DNA of 50,639 nucleotides from a virus (taxonomy: Duplodnaviria; Caudoviricetes), in the IMG/VR virus record IMGVR_UViG_3300045999_000972, positions 1 to 50,639 of that record; one strand, given 5' to 3'. Position numbers and translations under genes: made by a program. The notes under the pieces are model-generated. The model searched no databases. It saw only the letters and a list, made by a program, of their open reading frames with translations, and had not been told where the DNA came from. Below, in pieces: positions 17,695 through 26,783 of the stretch. Numbering within the stretch: the stretch's first letter is position 1; every line of letters starts with the position of its first letter.

Positions 17695-18497
17695 TGCGAA
17701 GAATAGCAAGAGACTCCGCAAATAATTTTGTACTTAGGAGTGCAGGAGATATTGCAACGGGGCAGGATTTAAACTCCAATCTGTTTGCAAATAGTGTTTT
17801 CTATTCACTGGCCCCTACAAACGCGCCGCACAATAACAACGGCGTAGGTATGTATTTATCTACGGTTGGGCAGCCGAAGACATCGCAGAGCGATGCTACC
17901 AGTGAACGGGCTGCGCAACTGTACTTTGGTGACACGCCACTTTCTGGTTTGTACTACCGTGTTAAACAGGGTACAAGCGGGTGGCATCCTTGGGTTGCCC
18001 TAAACACAGGGCATCGCCTCGCCGGGTACACAACTACTGACGCACAGACCTATGCAAACGATACAAACGGGTTTACTACGTTAGAAACTACGTTTGCTAG
18101 GGTTAATCCGGCTAACACATCTCGGTTTTTAGTTATTGCAACAATCAACGGTGCGGCTGACGATGATGGTCACGCCCGTCTTGAGTATTACGATGGCAGT
18201 AGCTGGAGTAGTCCTGACGCTCTTATCGGAAACACACTAGGTAACAGAGGTTCGTTTGGTGACTTCTCTGTTGTGCGTGCAGGTGTTCTAGAAAACAAAC
18301 AGACCGTACAGTACACGGCTACGCTCATACACGCTCCTGCGTCTACATCAACAACGTTGGGGTATCGAGTTCGGGTAATGGCAGAAAACTCTGCGGGCTG
18401 TTACATCAACCGCCCGATGGGTAACGACGGTGGGTTTAACACTAACACTAGCCGTTCATCTTTGATTGTCTACGAAATATCCGGAGCTTTGCCATGA
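17694..18497 (+). CDS. Putative receptor-binding/tail fibre protein
   Basis: Position; YYRVK..SGWHPW fibre-type motif; C-terminal SSLIVYEI. Confidence 0.65.
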   Translation: MRRIARDSANNFVLRSAGDIATGQDLNSNLFANSVFYSLAPTNAPHNNNGVGMYLSTVGQPKTSQSDATSERAAQLYFGDTPLSGLYYRVKQGTSGWHPWVALNTGHRLAGYTTTDAQTYANDTNGFTTLETTFARVNPANTSRFLVIATINGAADDDGHARLEYYDGSSWSSPDALIGNTLGNRGSFGDFSVVRAGVLENKQTVQYTATLIHAPASTSTTLGYRVRVMAENSAGCYINRPMGNDGGFNTNTSRSSLIVYEISGALP

Positions 18498-18886
18498 TTG
18501 AAGATATTTTTAGTGCGACTAATAGGGCCATTACGGCGTTGTCCCCGGACTTTAAGTACAGCCTGTCCGCAGCTAAAAATGCTGACGGGCTAATCATCAA
18601 CGAAGTGGACTGGGATAGTCTTACCCCTTCACCAAATAACACTGCGCCGATTCCTACAAAAGAAGAAATTATCGCTAAGCGGCAAGAAATTGCTGCTGGT
18701 GCGCCGATGCGTAGATTGCGTGCTGTTCGTGACCAGAAACTAGCCGAGACCGATTGGGTAGTTACTAAGGCTTTGGAACGTGGTGAAACTGTCCCTGCTA
18801 ACTGGGTAACCTATCGCCAAATCCTACGTGACATAACCAGTAACTATTCTTCACTAGAAGATGTAGTGTGGCCGACCAAACCATGA
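18494..18886 (+). CDS. Tail fibre assembly chaperone
   Basis: LRAVRDQKLAETDW...YRQILRDIT...WPTKP signature. Confidence 0.85.
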   Translation: MIEDIFSATNRAITALSPDFKYSLSAAKNADGLIINEVDWDSLTPSPNNTAPIPTKEEIIAKRQEIAAGAPMRRLRAVRDQKLAETDWVVTKALERGETVPANWVTYRQILRDITSNYSSLEDVVWPTKP

Positions 18887-19065
18887 TGGATAGACGCAGA
18901 CTCCCTCTCGTTATGTTTCCGAACGGCTCGCTTGCGAGATGTGAAACTGTGCCTGAGGGCTGCGTCTATGTAGTTGAACCTGAGCTACCGGAGGAGTCTG
19001 ATTTCCCTGCGGTAATTGACCAGACACAAGCTGTTAAGGAGGCCGAGAGTGGCAACGTCGCATGA
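18883..19065 (+). CDS. Hypothetical protein
   Basis: ATGA coupling to the previous stop; fills the gap. Confidence 0.55.
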   Translation: MMDRRRLPLVMFPNGSLARCETVPEGCVYVVEPELPEESDFPAVIDQTQAVKEAESGNVA

Positions 19066-19228
19066 ACTTGAAGTACAACTTACCTCCCATGAGGCTGTCT
19101 GTGCTGAACGCTACCAAACATTTATCCAACGGGTAGACCGCTTGGAGTCGTTGATGGTTAAAACCGCAGGTGCTCTGATAGTCGGCATGGCGGGTATCCT
19201 TGTGGCTATTATTTTTAGAGGAGTATGA
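19049..19228 (+). CDS. Small coiled-coil plus TM protein (holin/XhlA-like)
   Basis: GTG at 19049 with SD AAGGAGG; HEAVCAERY motif and C-terminal TM helix. Confidence 0.7.
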   Translation: MATSHELEVQLTSHEAVCAERYQTFIQRVDRLESLMVKTAGALIVGMAGILVAIIFRGV

Positions 19229-19230
19229 AC

Positions 19231-19386
19231 ATGCCCGGAATGATGAACAAGAAGCCTGTTGCAAAGAAAGCTGCTGGCAAGCCTATGGGCTACGCTAAGG
19301 GCGGCATGACTTTCAAACCGTGTGCTGGTTGCCCAAGCCCTGCTAAGTGCAAGGCAATGGGTAAGTGCATGAAGAAAGGTAAGTAA
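19231..19386 (+). CDS. Small basic Cys-containing protein with YAKGG motif (51 aa)
   Basis: MPGMMNKKPVAKKAAGKPMGYAKGGMTFKPCAGCPSPAKCKAMGKCMKKGK; SD GAGGAG; not in ORF track. Confidence 0.75.
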   Translation: MPGMMNKKPVAKKAAGKPMGYAKGGMTFKPCAGCPSPAKCKAMGKCMKKGK

Positions 19387-19388
19387 TC

Positions 19389-19883
19389 ATGCGCACGTGG
19401 GTTCGTAATCTGCTGATTCTCTCGCTGGGTGTTGCCGTCGGGTTACTCATACTTAATGCGAACTCACAAGATACCAACATGAATATGAACTACAAGGGGC
19501 AGCCAGTACCTACTGCGATGGCCCCGAGTATGTCAGCCTTCTCACAAGATGTTTGTGGTATCCCAGTCTCAGGGGCAGTTAGCTCTACGGTGATTGGTTT
19601 TTCTGGTGGTACGGTGTACACCGACGCAAACTGTGAGCGTATCAAGATTGCCAAGACTCTGAACGACCTTGGCCTAAAAGTGTCAGCCGTAGGTGTTTTA
19701 TGTGCAGACGACAGAGTGTGGGATGCCATGATGATGTCAGGTACTCCATGTCCGATTGATGGCTTAATAGGTGATGCTGCTAGGGATGAGTGGATAAAAC
19801 GACACCCTAAGAAGTTTGAAAAACTCTATGGCAAAGTTCCTCCTCTTACTGCTGCTACCACTAAGCCTGCTGAGGCCAAGTGA
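19389..19883 (+). CDS. Secreted/membrane-anchored Cys-containing protein
   Basis: N-terminal signal or TM segment; four Cys; GTPCP motif. Confidence 0.75.
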   Translation: MRTWVRNLLILSLGVAVGLLILNANSQDTNMNMNYKGQPVPTAMAPSMSAFSQDVCGIPVSGAVSSTVIGFSGGTVYTDANCERIKIAKTLNDLGLKVSAVGVLCADDRVWDAMMMSGTPCPIDGLIGDAARDEWIKRHPKKFEKLYGKVPPLTAATTKPAEAK

Positions 19884-20910
19884 TGCGCTGGCTCAGGCTT
19901 GCTATTGCACGACTCCTTGGCAGCCCAACTCCATCTATGGAGGTAACACCTGTACAGCCAACGCCGACTGCTGGGCCTGTCAGCCCGGAGCCTATAGCCC
20001 AAGCTGGCAACAAGCCTTCTGTGGAGGAGGATACACACCTCCACCCCCTCCCCCGCCCACCTGCACAACCACGTTCGCGGAAAAAACCGAAAGCTGCCCC
20101 CCAAACTACAGCGGGGTCAAAAAGTACAAGCAAGAAGTCAAAACCTGCACAGACGGGCAAGTCACCAACTACGGGTGGCAACTCTACGCAGACACCTGCA
20201 CGCCGAACCCGCCGACATGCCAAGTAACTACGAACTCTCAGACGCTCCAATGTCCGACAGGTTATACGGGCAGTATCACGCAGATTCAAACGTCAGCATG
20301 TCCAAATCCTTATGGGCAACCCGTCATAGCCCCGTGGACGACAACAGCCAACACTTGCGTCAAGAGCGTTACCAACCCAACAAACGTCGCTTCTCCAGTA
20401 TCCCCAGTCAGTCCATTGAACCCAGCCAGCGTAATAAGTCCGACTGCGACGGCAGTCATCACGCCAATGTCGAGTGTGTCTGCACCTCAACAGATGCAAA
20501 CCCCGCAGGATGTAGGTGCGGCTTTGCCTCCGGGCCAAGTATTGGCAACGACCTCGACAACAGAGTCCGCACCCCAGAGCCAAACCAGCACGGCAACTTC
20601 CGCTGCCCCGACAGCGGGAAGCTCTGCTCCTCAGACGTCTGCGACGGGTGGTGTAAAGGAGACTCCTAAAAATGCGGGTAGACCTGCTCTTAGTATCGGG
20701 GGGCTGAGTCCTGTTATGACATTGGAATTTTTTGTGAAACCCGGCATAATACAACCTAATGTTTTTCCAACATTAAACATAGGTGCGGACTTGCCACCTG
20801 AACTACGGCAAAACCACCAGTTTCTTATGGAACTACTGAGCGGCCATCTTCCAGACCAATCAGGAATGTTTAACAAGATGGCTAGAGATGCAATCGAGTT
20901 GGAGCAATAA
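19828..20910 (+). CDS. Secreted Cys-rich repeat protein
   Basis: Signal peptide MAKFLLLLLLPLSLLRPSDALA; two Cys repeats; Pro/Thr/Ser linker. Confidence 0.75.
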   Translation: MAKFLLLLLLPLSLLRPSDALAQACYCTTPWQPNSIYGGNTCTANADCWACQPGAYSPSWQQAFCGGGYTPPPPPPPTCTTTFAEKTESCPPNYSGVKKYKQEVKTCTDGQVTNYGWQLYADTCTPNPPTCQVTTNSQTLQCPTGYTGSITQIQTSACPNPYGQPVIAPWTTTANTCVKSVTNPTNVASPVSPVSPLNPASVISPTATAVITPMSSVSAPQQMQTPQDVGAALPPGQVLATTSTTESAPQSQTSTATSAAPTAGSSAPQTSATGGVKETPKNAGRPALSIGGLSPVMTLEFFVKPGIIQPNVFPTLNIGADLPPELRQNHQFLMELLSGHLPDQSGMFNKMARDAIELEQ

Positions 20911-20912
20911 AC

Positions 20913-21431
20913 ATGAGCGACTTACAAAAAATAGAAGCAGCGACTGGTAAGCTACAGAAACTGCTTGATTGGGCAAAACAAAACACCATGCTGGCTGGTA
21001 TCGTTGTCACGGTACTCCCAGCAATCGCCTCGGGTGGTTACATTACCATCACCAAGGCCAATGAAATCATTGCGATGTACAACGACTTTAGCACCGTGGC
21101 TACTAACGCCTCGTCCGCTAAGAGTAAAGCAGAGTCCGTTGAGGCTAAGCTGTTGGCAAGAATCGACGCCCTCGAAGATAAGCTATCTGACAAGATAGGG
21201 GTACTTGATACCCGTCAAGCAGAGATGCGCGACTCTCTTGGAAAGCTACAAGACCGTGCGTCTGACGCAACTATCAACGCCCGCGAAGCCAAGATAATGT
21301 CGGAGTCCACCCAGAAAGAACTACGTGCTGGCTTGGCTGCTCAGAAGACTGAACTGGATGTAACGTCCAGTACTTTACGCTCTGAGATGAACACCTTGAA
21401 GCGTGCAACAACCAACCGACTGGGGCAGTAA
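20913..21431 (+). CDS. Membrane-anchored coiled-coil protein
   Basis: One TM segment then a long heptad region. Confidence 0.75.
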   Translation: MSDLQKIEAATGKLQKLLDWAKQNTMLAGIVVTVLPAIASGGYITITKANEIIAMYNDFSTVATNASSAKSKAESVEAKLLARIDALEDKLSDKIGVLDTRQAEMRDSLGKLQDRASDATINAREAKIMSESTQKELRAGLAAQKTELDVTSSTLRSEMNTLKRATTNRLGQ

Positions 21432-21883
21432 TGAAGACGGAAAAGGAAATCAAAGCACTGGCGGCAATCAGCATCTCTATCTTTGCTGCCTTGTTAGCTA
21501 TCAATACGCTGATTGCTGGGTCTAACTCAGGTAAAGTTTTGACCAATACCATTGAAGCTAACAACGTGTGGGCTTGGTATCAAGCCAAGAATATCCGTGG
21601 TGTCATCTATGAAACCGCAGGTAAGAAGGACGATGCCAAGCGTATGGAAGCTGATAAGAAAGAGTTGGCTGATAAAGCCAAGGCTCTTGAGGCTGAAAGA
21701 AATGTAGCCAAAGCTCGTAGCCCGTGGTTTACTTATGCAGGTAGCCTGCTGCAAATTGGTATCGTGCTATCGACTGCTGCGATTTTGGCGATTGCTATGC
21801 CGCTTTACTGGGCGTCTATTGCGGTAGGCTCGCTAGGGGCACTATCATTTGTCAACGGGTACTTTATGTTGTGGGGGTTTTAA
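21431..21883 (+). CDS. DUF4337-like membrane protein
   Basis: AIFAALLAI-like TM, WAWYQAKNIR and LLQIGIVL motifs. Confidence 0.7.
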   Translation: MKTEKEIKALAAISISIFAALLAINTLIAGSNSGKVLTNTIEANNVWAWYQAKNIRGVIYETAGKKDDAKRMEADKKELADKAKALEAERNVAKARSPWFTYAGSLLQIGIVLSTAAILAIAMPLYWASIAVGSLGALSFVNGYFMLWGF

Positions 21884-22360
21884 ATGGAAGCACTACTAGG
21901 AATTTTGAAGTCAGCAGCACCAGCACTTGCTACGGTTGTTGCTGGCCCGATGGGTGGTATGGCTGTCAAGGCGATTGCCGAGAAGCTGGGTGTTGCAGAT
22001 ACGGTTGAGGCTGTTACTCAAGCAATGCAAGATGACCCAGAGGCTGCTGCCAAACTGGCACAGATTGACCTTGAGCAGTTCAAGGCAGAAGCTGCTGACC
22101 GTGCTGATGCACGAGCCATGCAGATTGCAGCCATCCAGTCTGATGACCCGTTTGTACGCCGCTATGTGTACTACTTCATCACCTGCTGGTCTATCTTCTC
22201 GATGATTTTCATCCCGTCTATCGTGTTCATGGACATCCCTGAAGGTAACGAGCGTTTTGCAGATACCATTCTTGGATTCTTGCTCGGCACGATGGTTGCC
22301 TCCATGTTTAGTTTTTTGCTCGGCTCATCTATGGGCAGTCGTCTAAAGGATAAGAAATGA
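21884..22360 (+). CDS. Holin (GTA 3TM-like)
   Basis: APALATVVAGP.GG, DRADARAMQ, two TMs, FLLGSS; directly before the endolysin. Confidence 0.75.
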   Translation: MEALLGILKSAAPALATVVAGPMGGMAVKAIAEKLGVADTVEAVTQAMQDDPEAAAKLAQIDLEQFKAEAADRADARAMQIAAIQSDDPFVRRYVYYFITCWSIFSMIFIPSIVFMDIPEGNERFADTILGFLLGTMVASMFSFLLGSSMGSRLKDKK

Positions 22361-22821
22361 ACCTCTCCGCTAACTTCACACTTAACGAGTTGACCAAAAG
22401 CGAGACTGCTCTGCGTCAGGGTTTAAACAACGAGCCTACGCCTGAGGTCACTGCGAACCTCAAGGTGCTCTGCGAGAAGGTGTTGCAACCAATTCGTGAC
22501 CACTACGGCAAGAGCGTCAAGGTTAGCTCCGGCTACCGTGCGCCTGAAGTCAATGCTGCCGTTGGTGGCTCAAAGACTTCTGACCACTGCATGGGGCAGG
22601 CTGCCGACATCGAGATTGCTGGTGTACCTAATCATGAGTTGGCTGAGTGGATTCAGAACAACCTAGCGTTTACCCAAGTCATTCTGGAGTTCTACACCCG
22701 TGGTGTTCCTGACTCCGGCTGGGTGCATGTGTCGTACGTACCAAACAACTTGAAGAAGCAATCCTTGACCGCCGTTAAAGAGAACGGCAAGACTGTGTAT
22801 TTGCCGGGTCTCCAAGCATAA
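22357..22821 (+). CDS. Endolysin, peptidase M15A-type
   Basis: LSANFTLNEL, SSGYR, SDHCMGQAAD, WVHVS zinc-binding motifs. Confidence 0.9.
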   Translation: MNLSANFTLNELTKSETALRQGLNNEPTPEVTANLKVLCEKVLQPIRDHYGKSVKVSSGYRAPEVNAAVGGSKTSDHCMGQAADIEIAGVPNHELAEWIQNNLAFTQVILEFYTRGVPDSGWVHVSYVPNNLKKQSLTAVKENGKTVYLPGLQA

Positions 22822-22830
22822 GGGTTTACT

Positions 22831-25449
22831 ATGGCAGCCGTAAAGATAGTCAAATTTTTAGGTGAAGCTCCGAAGATTGCTTCGGAGTTGTTGCCTGACG
22901 CCGCTGCTCAGATTGCGTTTAACGTCAAGCTGTACTCTGGCGATTTGATTCCATATCGTCTGCCATTCCTTGCTGGTAACGTAGACCGTGTTGGTGAAAT
23001 TAAAACTCTGCACGCTTTACGTAACCCTGACACTGGAGCATTGGTTTGGTTGACTTGGGCAACTGACGTTGACATCATTACCGCCTCTGCTTCAGAAGAC
23101 CGAGAGCAACGTTTCTACTATACGGGCGATGGCGTACCTAAGGTCAGCAACTATGAGTTGGCTACCCAGACTGGTGTGCCTTACCCAAACAACTCGTACG
23201 ACCTAGGTCTGCAACTTCCTGAGACGGTGCTGACTACAACAGCTACATCGTTTTCTCAGAAAGAATCTGTCAATCGTGCTCGTGATGCTGGTAACTATGC
23301 CACGGTGGTGACCTCGGCTGCGCATGGTATGCGCACGGGTATGATTATCACCATCAGCGGTTTCCCTGCGGCAACTTCTTCTGTTGCTACATTCAATGCG
23401 ACCAACGCTGAAGTGACCGTAGTTAACGACACGACCTTCACGTATTTCAGTCCCGGCGAGCAAGTAAGCACTACAGGTGATACCAGTGGGCGCATCTCAT
23501 TGGCTGGTAACACAGTCCCTCGGAACTATGTATATACATGGTATACACCGTGGGAAGAAGAATCTATTGCCTCCGAACCATCTGACAACTTGTACATCAA
23601 AGAAGGTCAGCTAGTCACAGTCAGCAATTTGCCGACTGCTAAACCTACTGGCAGTAACTTTGTGCGTGGTGTGCGCTTGTATCGTACGCTTGCTTCGTCT
23701 GCGGGTACAGAGTACTTCCGCCTTGCCACCTTGTGGTTTCCAACGGGTACATCTCGCGTTAGCCGTACAGGCAATGTGTCGCGGGTACGTTTGAACAACC
23801 ACCACAATCTGGCTATTGACGACCGTTTCAAACTTAGCGGTTGTACTGATTCATCGTTCAACATTACAGGTGGTGTCGTACTTGACATTATCGACGACTA
23901 CACGTTCACATACGCCCAGACAGCAGGTAACGTAGCTGACAAAGCTGAGACTGCTGGCACGGTGTACCACGATGTTGCTGAGACTTTGGATAAGCCTGCT
24001 CGTTACTGGGGCGATGGTAGTTACACCTTCACCGATGACTTTGACTCTCGGAGTTTGTTTGACTCACTGGGGACAGCCGAATATGACCCACCTCCTGAAA
24101 ATCTTAAAGGTCTTATCGCAGCACAGAATAACATTCTGGTTGGTTTTGATGGCAATCAGTTATTCTTTTCCGAGCCAAATGTTCCACATGCTTGGCCTGC
24201 CAAATACGCGCTGACGTTTGAATACGACATTGTAGGTGTCGCTTCCGTAGGCGGATACATCCTCGTCATGACAGACGAGTACCCATACCAAGTCTCAGGT
24301 AACAGTCCTGCGACGATGGCGTATGCACGTATCGACACACTCTACCCCTGCTTGTCAAAGCGTTCTATTGTGAACATGGGTTATGGCGTAGCGTACGTGA
24401 CGTTTGGTGGACTGGCTGTGTACAACCCATCGGGTGGTATGGACTTAATTACGAAGTTCGTGCACGACTGGGACACTTGGCCTGAAGCAGTTGACTTACC
24501 CAATGTGACGGGTCGTTTCTACAACGGTAAGTACTTTGGCTCTGACGGTACAGCCTCGTTCATCTTCGAGCGTGACGACCGTATCGGCGGCTTCTTTGTG
24601 CAAATCAACTACAAATTTACTGCTGCGTGGTACGACCCCCAAGGGAACGCCCTTTACTATATTGCTGACAACCTCGGCAATATCTACGAGTGGGACAAGG
24701 TAACCCAACCTCTATCAGCGGCAGAGTGGAAATCTAAAACCATTGTGACCAAGGACTACATGAACCTTGGTGCGGCTCGCATTATTGCTGACTACGCTAC
24801 GCCTGACGCTGAAGCAGAAGCGATTGCTGCGTACAACGCTGGCGTGCCTGCGTTTAACCTCGGGATTTGGAACGACTACAACCATACATCTATCTCGGTG
24901 TCATACGCTCGCACATCGAACGTAGCGACGGTTGTAACAGCCGCTGCTCACCAACTACAAACAGGTTGCCGTGTGAGTGTGACCGGATTTGTAACCCCAG
25001 TCGGGGCTACGTTTAATACCAATGACTCGGTTGTAACCGTCATCAATGACACAACATTCACCTACGCTGATGTGGGCGGAGATGTTGGTACTACATCTGA
25101 CGGTTCTGCCACGATTGAGTGCTTGAAAGGTCTTGGCGATATGAACGGCCCATATGACCGTATTGATAGTCAGGGCAACCGCATCACCAATTTTGGCACG
25201 CTTAATTCTGTGGTCATCAATGGTGACAACTTGACACGTACGTTTAAAACTATTGAAGGTACATTGCCAATTACCTTCCGCCTGTGGGTGGATAAGCAGC
25301 TTGCCTTCCAAGCCACAGTATCTACAGATGATGTGTTCCGTCTGCCGTCAGGATACCGCTCTGATACCTTTGAGGTGGGCGTGTCTGGTTCTGCGCGAGT
25401 CCGAGCCATCCACATTGGCGAAACCCCATTTGGATTGAGGACAGCATAA
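22831..25449 (+). CDS. Tail nozzle/stabilisation protein (tubular protein B-like)
   Basis: 872 aa; LFFSEP..PHAWP and WKSK motifs; three internal small beta-domain repeats. Confidence 0.7.
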   Translation: MAAVKIVKFLGEAPKIASELLPDAAAQIAFNVKLYSGDLIPYRLPFLAGNVDRVGEIKTLHALRNPDTGALVWLTWATDVDIITASASEDREQRFYYTGDGVPKVSNYELATQTGVPYPNNSYDLGLQLPETVLTTTATSFSQKESVNRARDAGNYATVVTSAAHGMRTGMIITISGFPAATSSVATFNATNAEVTVVNDTTFTYFSPGEQVSTTGDTSGRISLAGNTVPRNYVYTWYTPWEEESIASEPSDNLYIKEGQLVTVSNLPTAKPTGSNFVRGVRLYRTLASSAGTEYFRLATLWFPTGTSRVSRTGNVSRVRLNNHHNLAIDDRFKLSGCTDSSFNITGGVVLDIIDDYTFTYAQTAGNVADKAETAGTVYHDVAETLDKPARYWGDGSYTFTDDFDSRSLFDSLGTAEYDPPPENLKGLIAAQNNILVGFDGNQLFFSEPNVPHAWPAKYALTFEYDIVGVASVGGYILVMTDEYPYQVSGNSPATMAYARIDTLYPCLSKRSIVNMGYGVAYVTFGGLAVYNPSGGMDLITKFVHDWDTWPEAVDLPNVTGRFYNGKYFGSDGTASFIFERDDRIGGFFVQINYKFTAAWYDPQGNALYYIADNLGNIYEWDKVTQPLSAAEWKSKTIVTKDYMNLGAARIIADYATPDAEAEAIAAYNAGVPAFNLGIWNDYNHTSISVSYARTSNVATVVTAAAHQLQTGCRVSVTGFVTPVGATFNTNDSVVTVINDTTFTYADVGGDVGTTSDGSATIECLKGLGDMNGPYDRIDSQGNRITNFGTLNSVVINGDNLTRTFKTIEGTLPITFRLWVDKQLAFQATVSTDDVFRLPSGYRSDTFEVGVSGSARVRAIHIGETPFGLRTA

Positions 25450-25796
25450 TGAGCCGATTCACAGCCATACCTTCTATACCTACTGGTAACGTCACTGAGT
25501 GGCAAGGGCAGATTCTGCGTGCCATGAAAGAAAACGTGGAACTCCTAGCAGGTATCCGAGGCGAGGCTGACTTGGCTAGTAAGGCAGTCACTCGAAGCCA
25601 ACTCCGTGTAAACACCGCACCCAACCCAACATTTTCTCGTGTCTCTGCGACGGGTAAGGGGTATACTATTAGCGGGCAAAACGTGCCGGATTTGGACGAC
25701 TACGGAAAGTTACTTAACGATGTTCAACTTCTTGCAAATGATGTGGCGAACTTACGGAATACCGTTAATGCGCTCATCGCCCAATTGAAAGGATAA
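25449..25796 (+). CDS. Small virion protein with C-terminal coiled coil
   Basis: Coupled to the previous gene; heptad C-terminus. Confidence 0.7.
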   Translation: MSRFTAIPSIPTGNVTEWQGQILRAMKENVELLAGIRGEADLASKAVTRSQLRVNTAPNPTFSRVSATGKGYTISGQNVPDLDDYGKLLNDVQLLANDVANLRNTVNALIAQLKG

Positions 25797-25799
25797 ATC

Positions 25800-26783
25800 A
25801 TGGCTGCACCGAACCCAGTACTGTCTATTTTGAATATGCAACCGAAGGCTCCGGCCTCGTTGCCACAAGCGGCGCAGCCTACCCCTCAGGGGCCAGCGTC
25901 AGTAAACCTGTCAAACGTGCCTGCTCCGGTTATGACGCCTTCAGCGGCAATGCCTGCTGACCTTCCTGCGTCTACTACCTCACTTGACCTCCCTGCATCG
26001 TTGCAAGGTTTGCTTGGTTCAGGTAGCCCGCAGATAGCTGTTAACGAGCCTGCGGTAATGCAACAAACGCAACAACTGGCACAGACTGGTACAGTTGCTT
26101 CTAACCCCAATGCTCCTGCGTTGGACTTCCGTCTACAACCTACATACGCGGAGGGCGGTATGGTCGGACAAAATGGTATGCCTGTGCGTCCTGCTGGTAT
26201 GCAAGGTGGTCAACAACAATCAATGTCTCCTCAGATGTTGGAGATGCAGCTTCAAGAATTTATGCGTAAGAACCCGCAGCAGGTTCAGCAAATCGCAAAC
26301 GGCATCATGGCTGGATTCCAGTCAGGTGAAATTACTCCTGAAGAACTGAACATGGCAGGTCAGTTGGCTATGACTGCCCTTCAGAATCCTGAGATGTACC
26401 AGTATGTACGTCAGTTTGCTATCCAACAGGGTATGGCGACCGAAGAAGATTTGTCCCCTACATATGACCAAGGTCTTGTGTTCGTTCTACTCTTAGCCGT
26501 TCGTGTTGCGCAACAACAGACAGGCGGTGCAGGTGGCATGGGCGGTATGGGTACGCAAACTGGTATGCCTGAGCAGCCAGTGATGAGTATGGCAAACGGT
26601 GGTTATGTGTCGATGGGTGACCATGCTGCTGCTGGCGGCAAAGTTGTTGGCCCCGGTACTGGTACTAGCGACAGCATCCCAATCCGTGTATCCGCAGGCG
26701 AGTACGTTATTCCGGCTAAGATTGTTCAGGCTAAGGGTAAAGACTTCTTCGACTCACTCCTCAAGAAATATCAAAGCGCATGA
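25800..26783 (+). CDS. Internal virion/ejection protein with GPGTGTSDSIP motif
   Basis: Q/M/P-rich; GGKVVGPGTGTSDSIP..SAGEYVIP. Confidence 0.7.
   Translation: MAAPNPVLSILNMQPKAPASLPQAAQPTPQGPASVNLSNVPAPVMTPSAAMPADLPASTTSLDLPASLQGLLGSGSPQIAVNEPAVMQQTQQLAQTGTVASNPNAPALDFRLQPTYAEGGMVGQNGMPVRPAGMQGGQQQSMSPQMLEMQLQEFMRKNPQQVQQIANGIMAGFQSGEITPEELNMAGQLAMTALQNPEMYQYVRQFAIQQGMATEEDLSPTYDQGLVFVLLLAVRVAQQQTGGAGGMGGMGTQTGMPEQPVMSMANGGYVSMGDHAAAGGKVVGPGTGTSDSIPIRVSAGEYVIPAKIVQAKGKDFFDSLLKKYQSA

Noticed and set aside
15704-18497. Diversity-generating retroelement or invertase-driven fibre switching
   Set aside because: No reverse transcriptase or recombinase in the window; the duplicated segment is N-terminal and in direct orientation, and its differences are not confined to adenines
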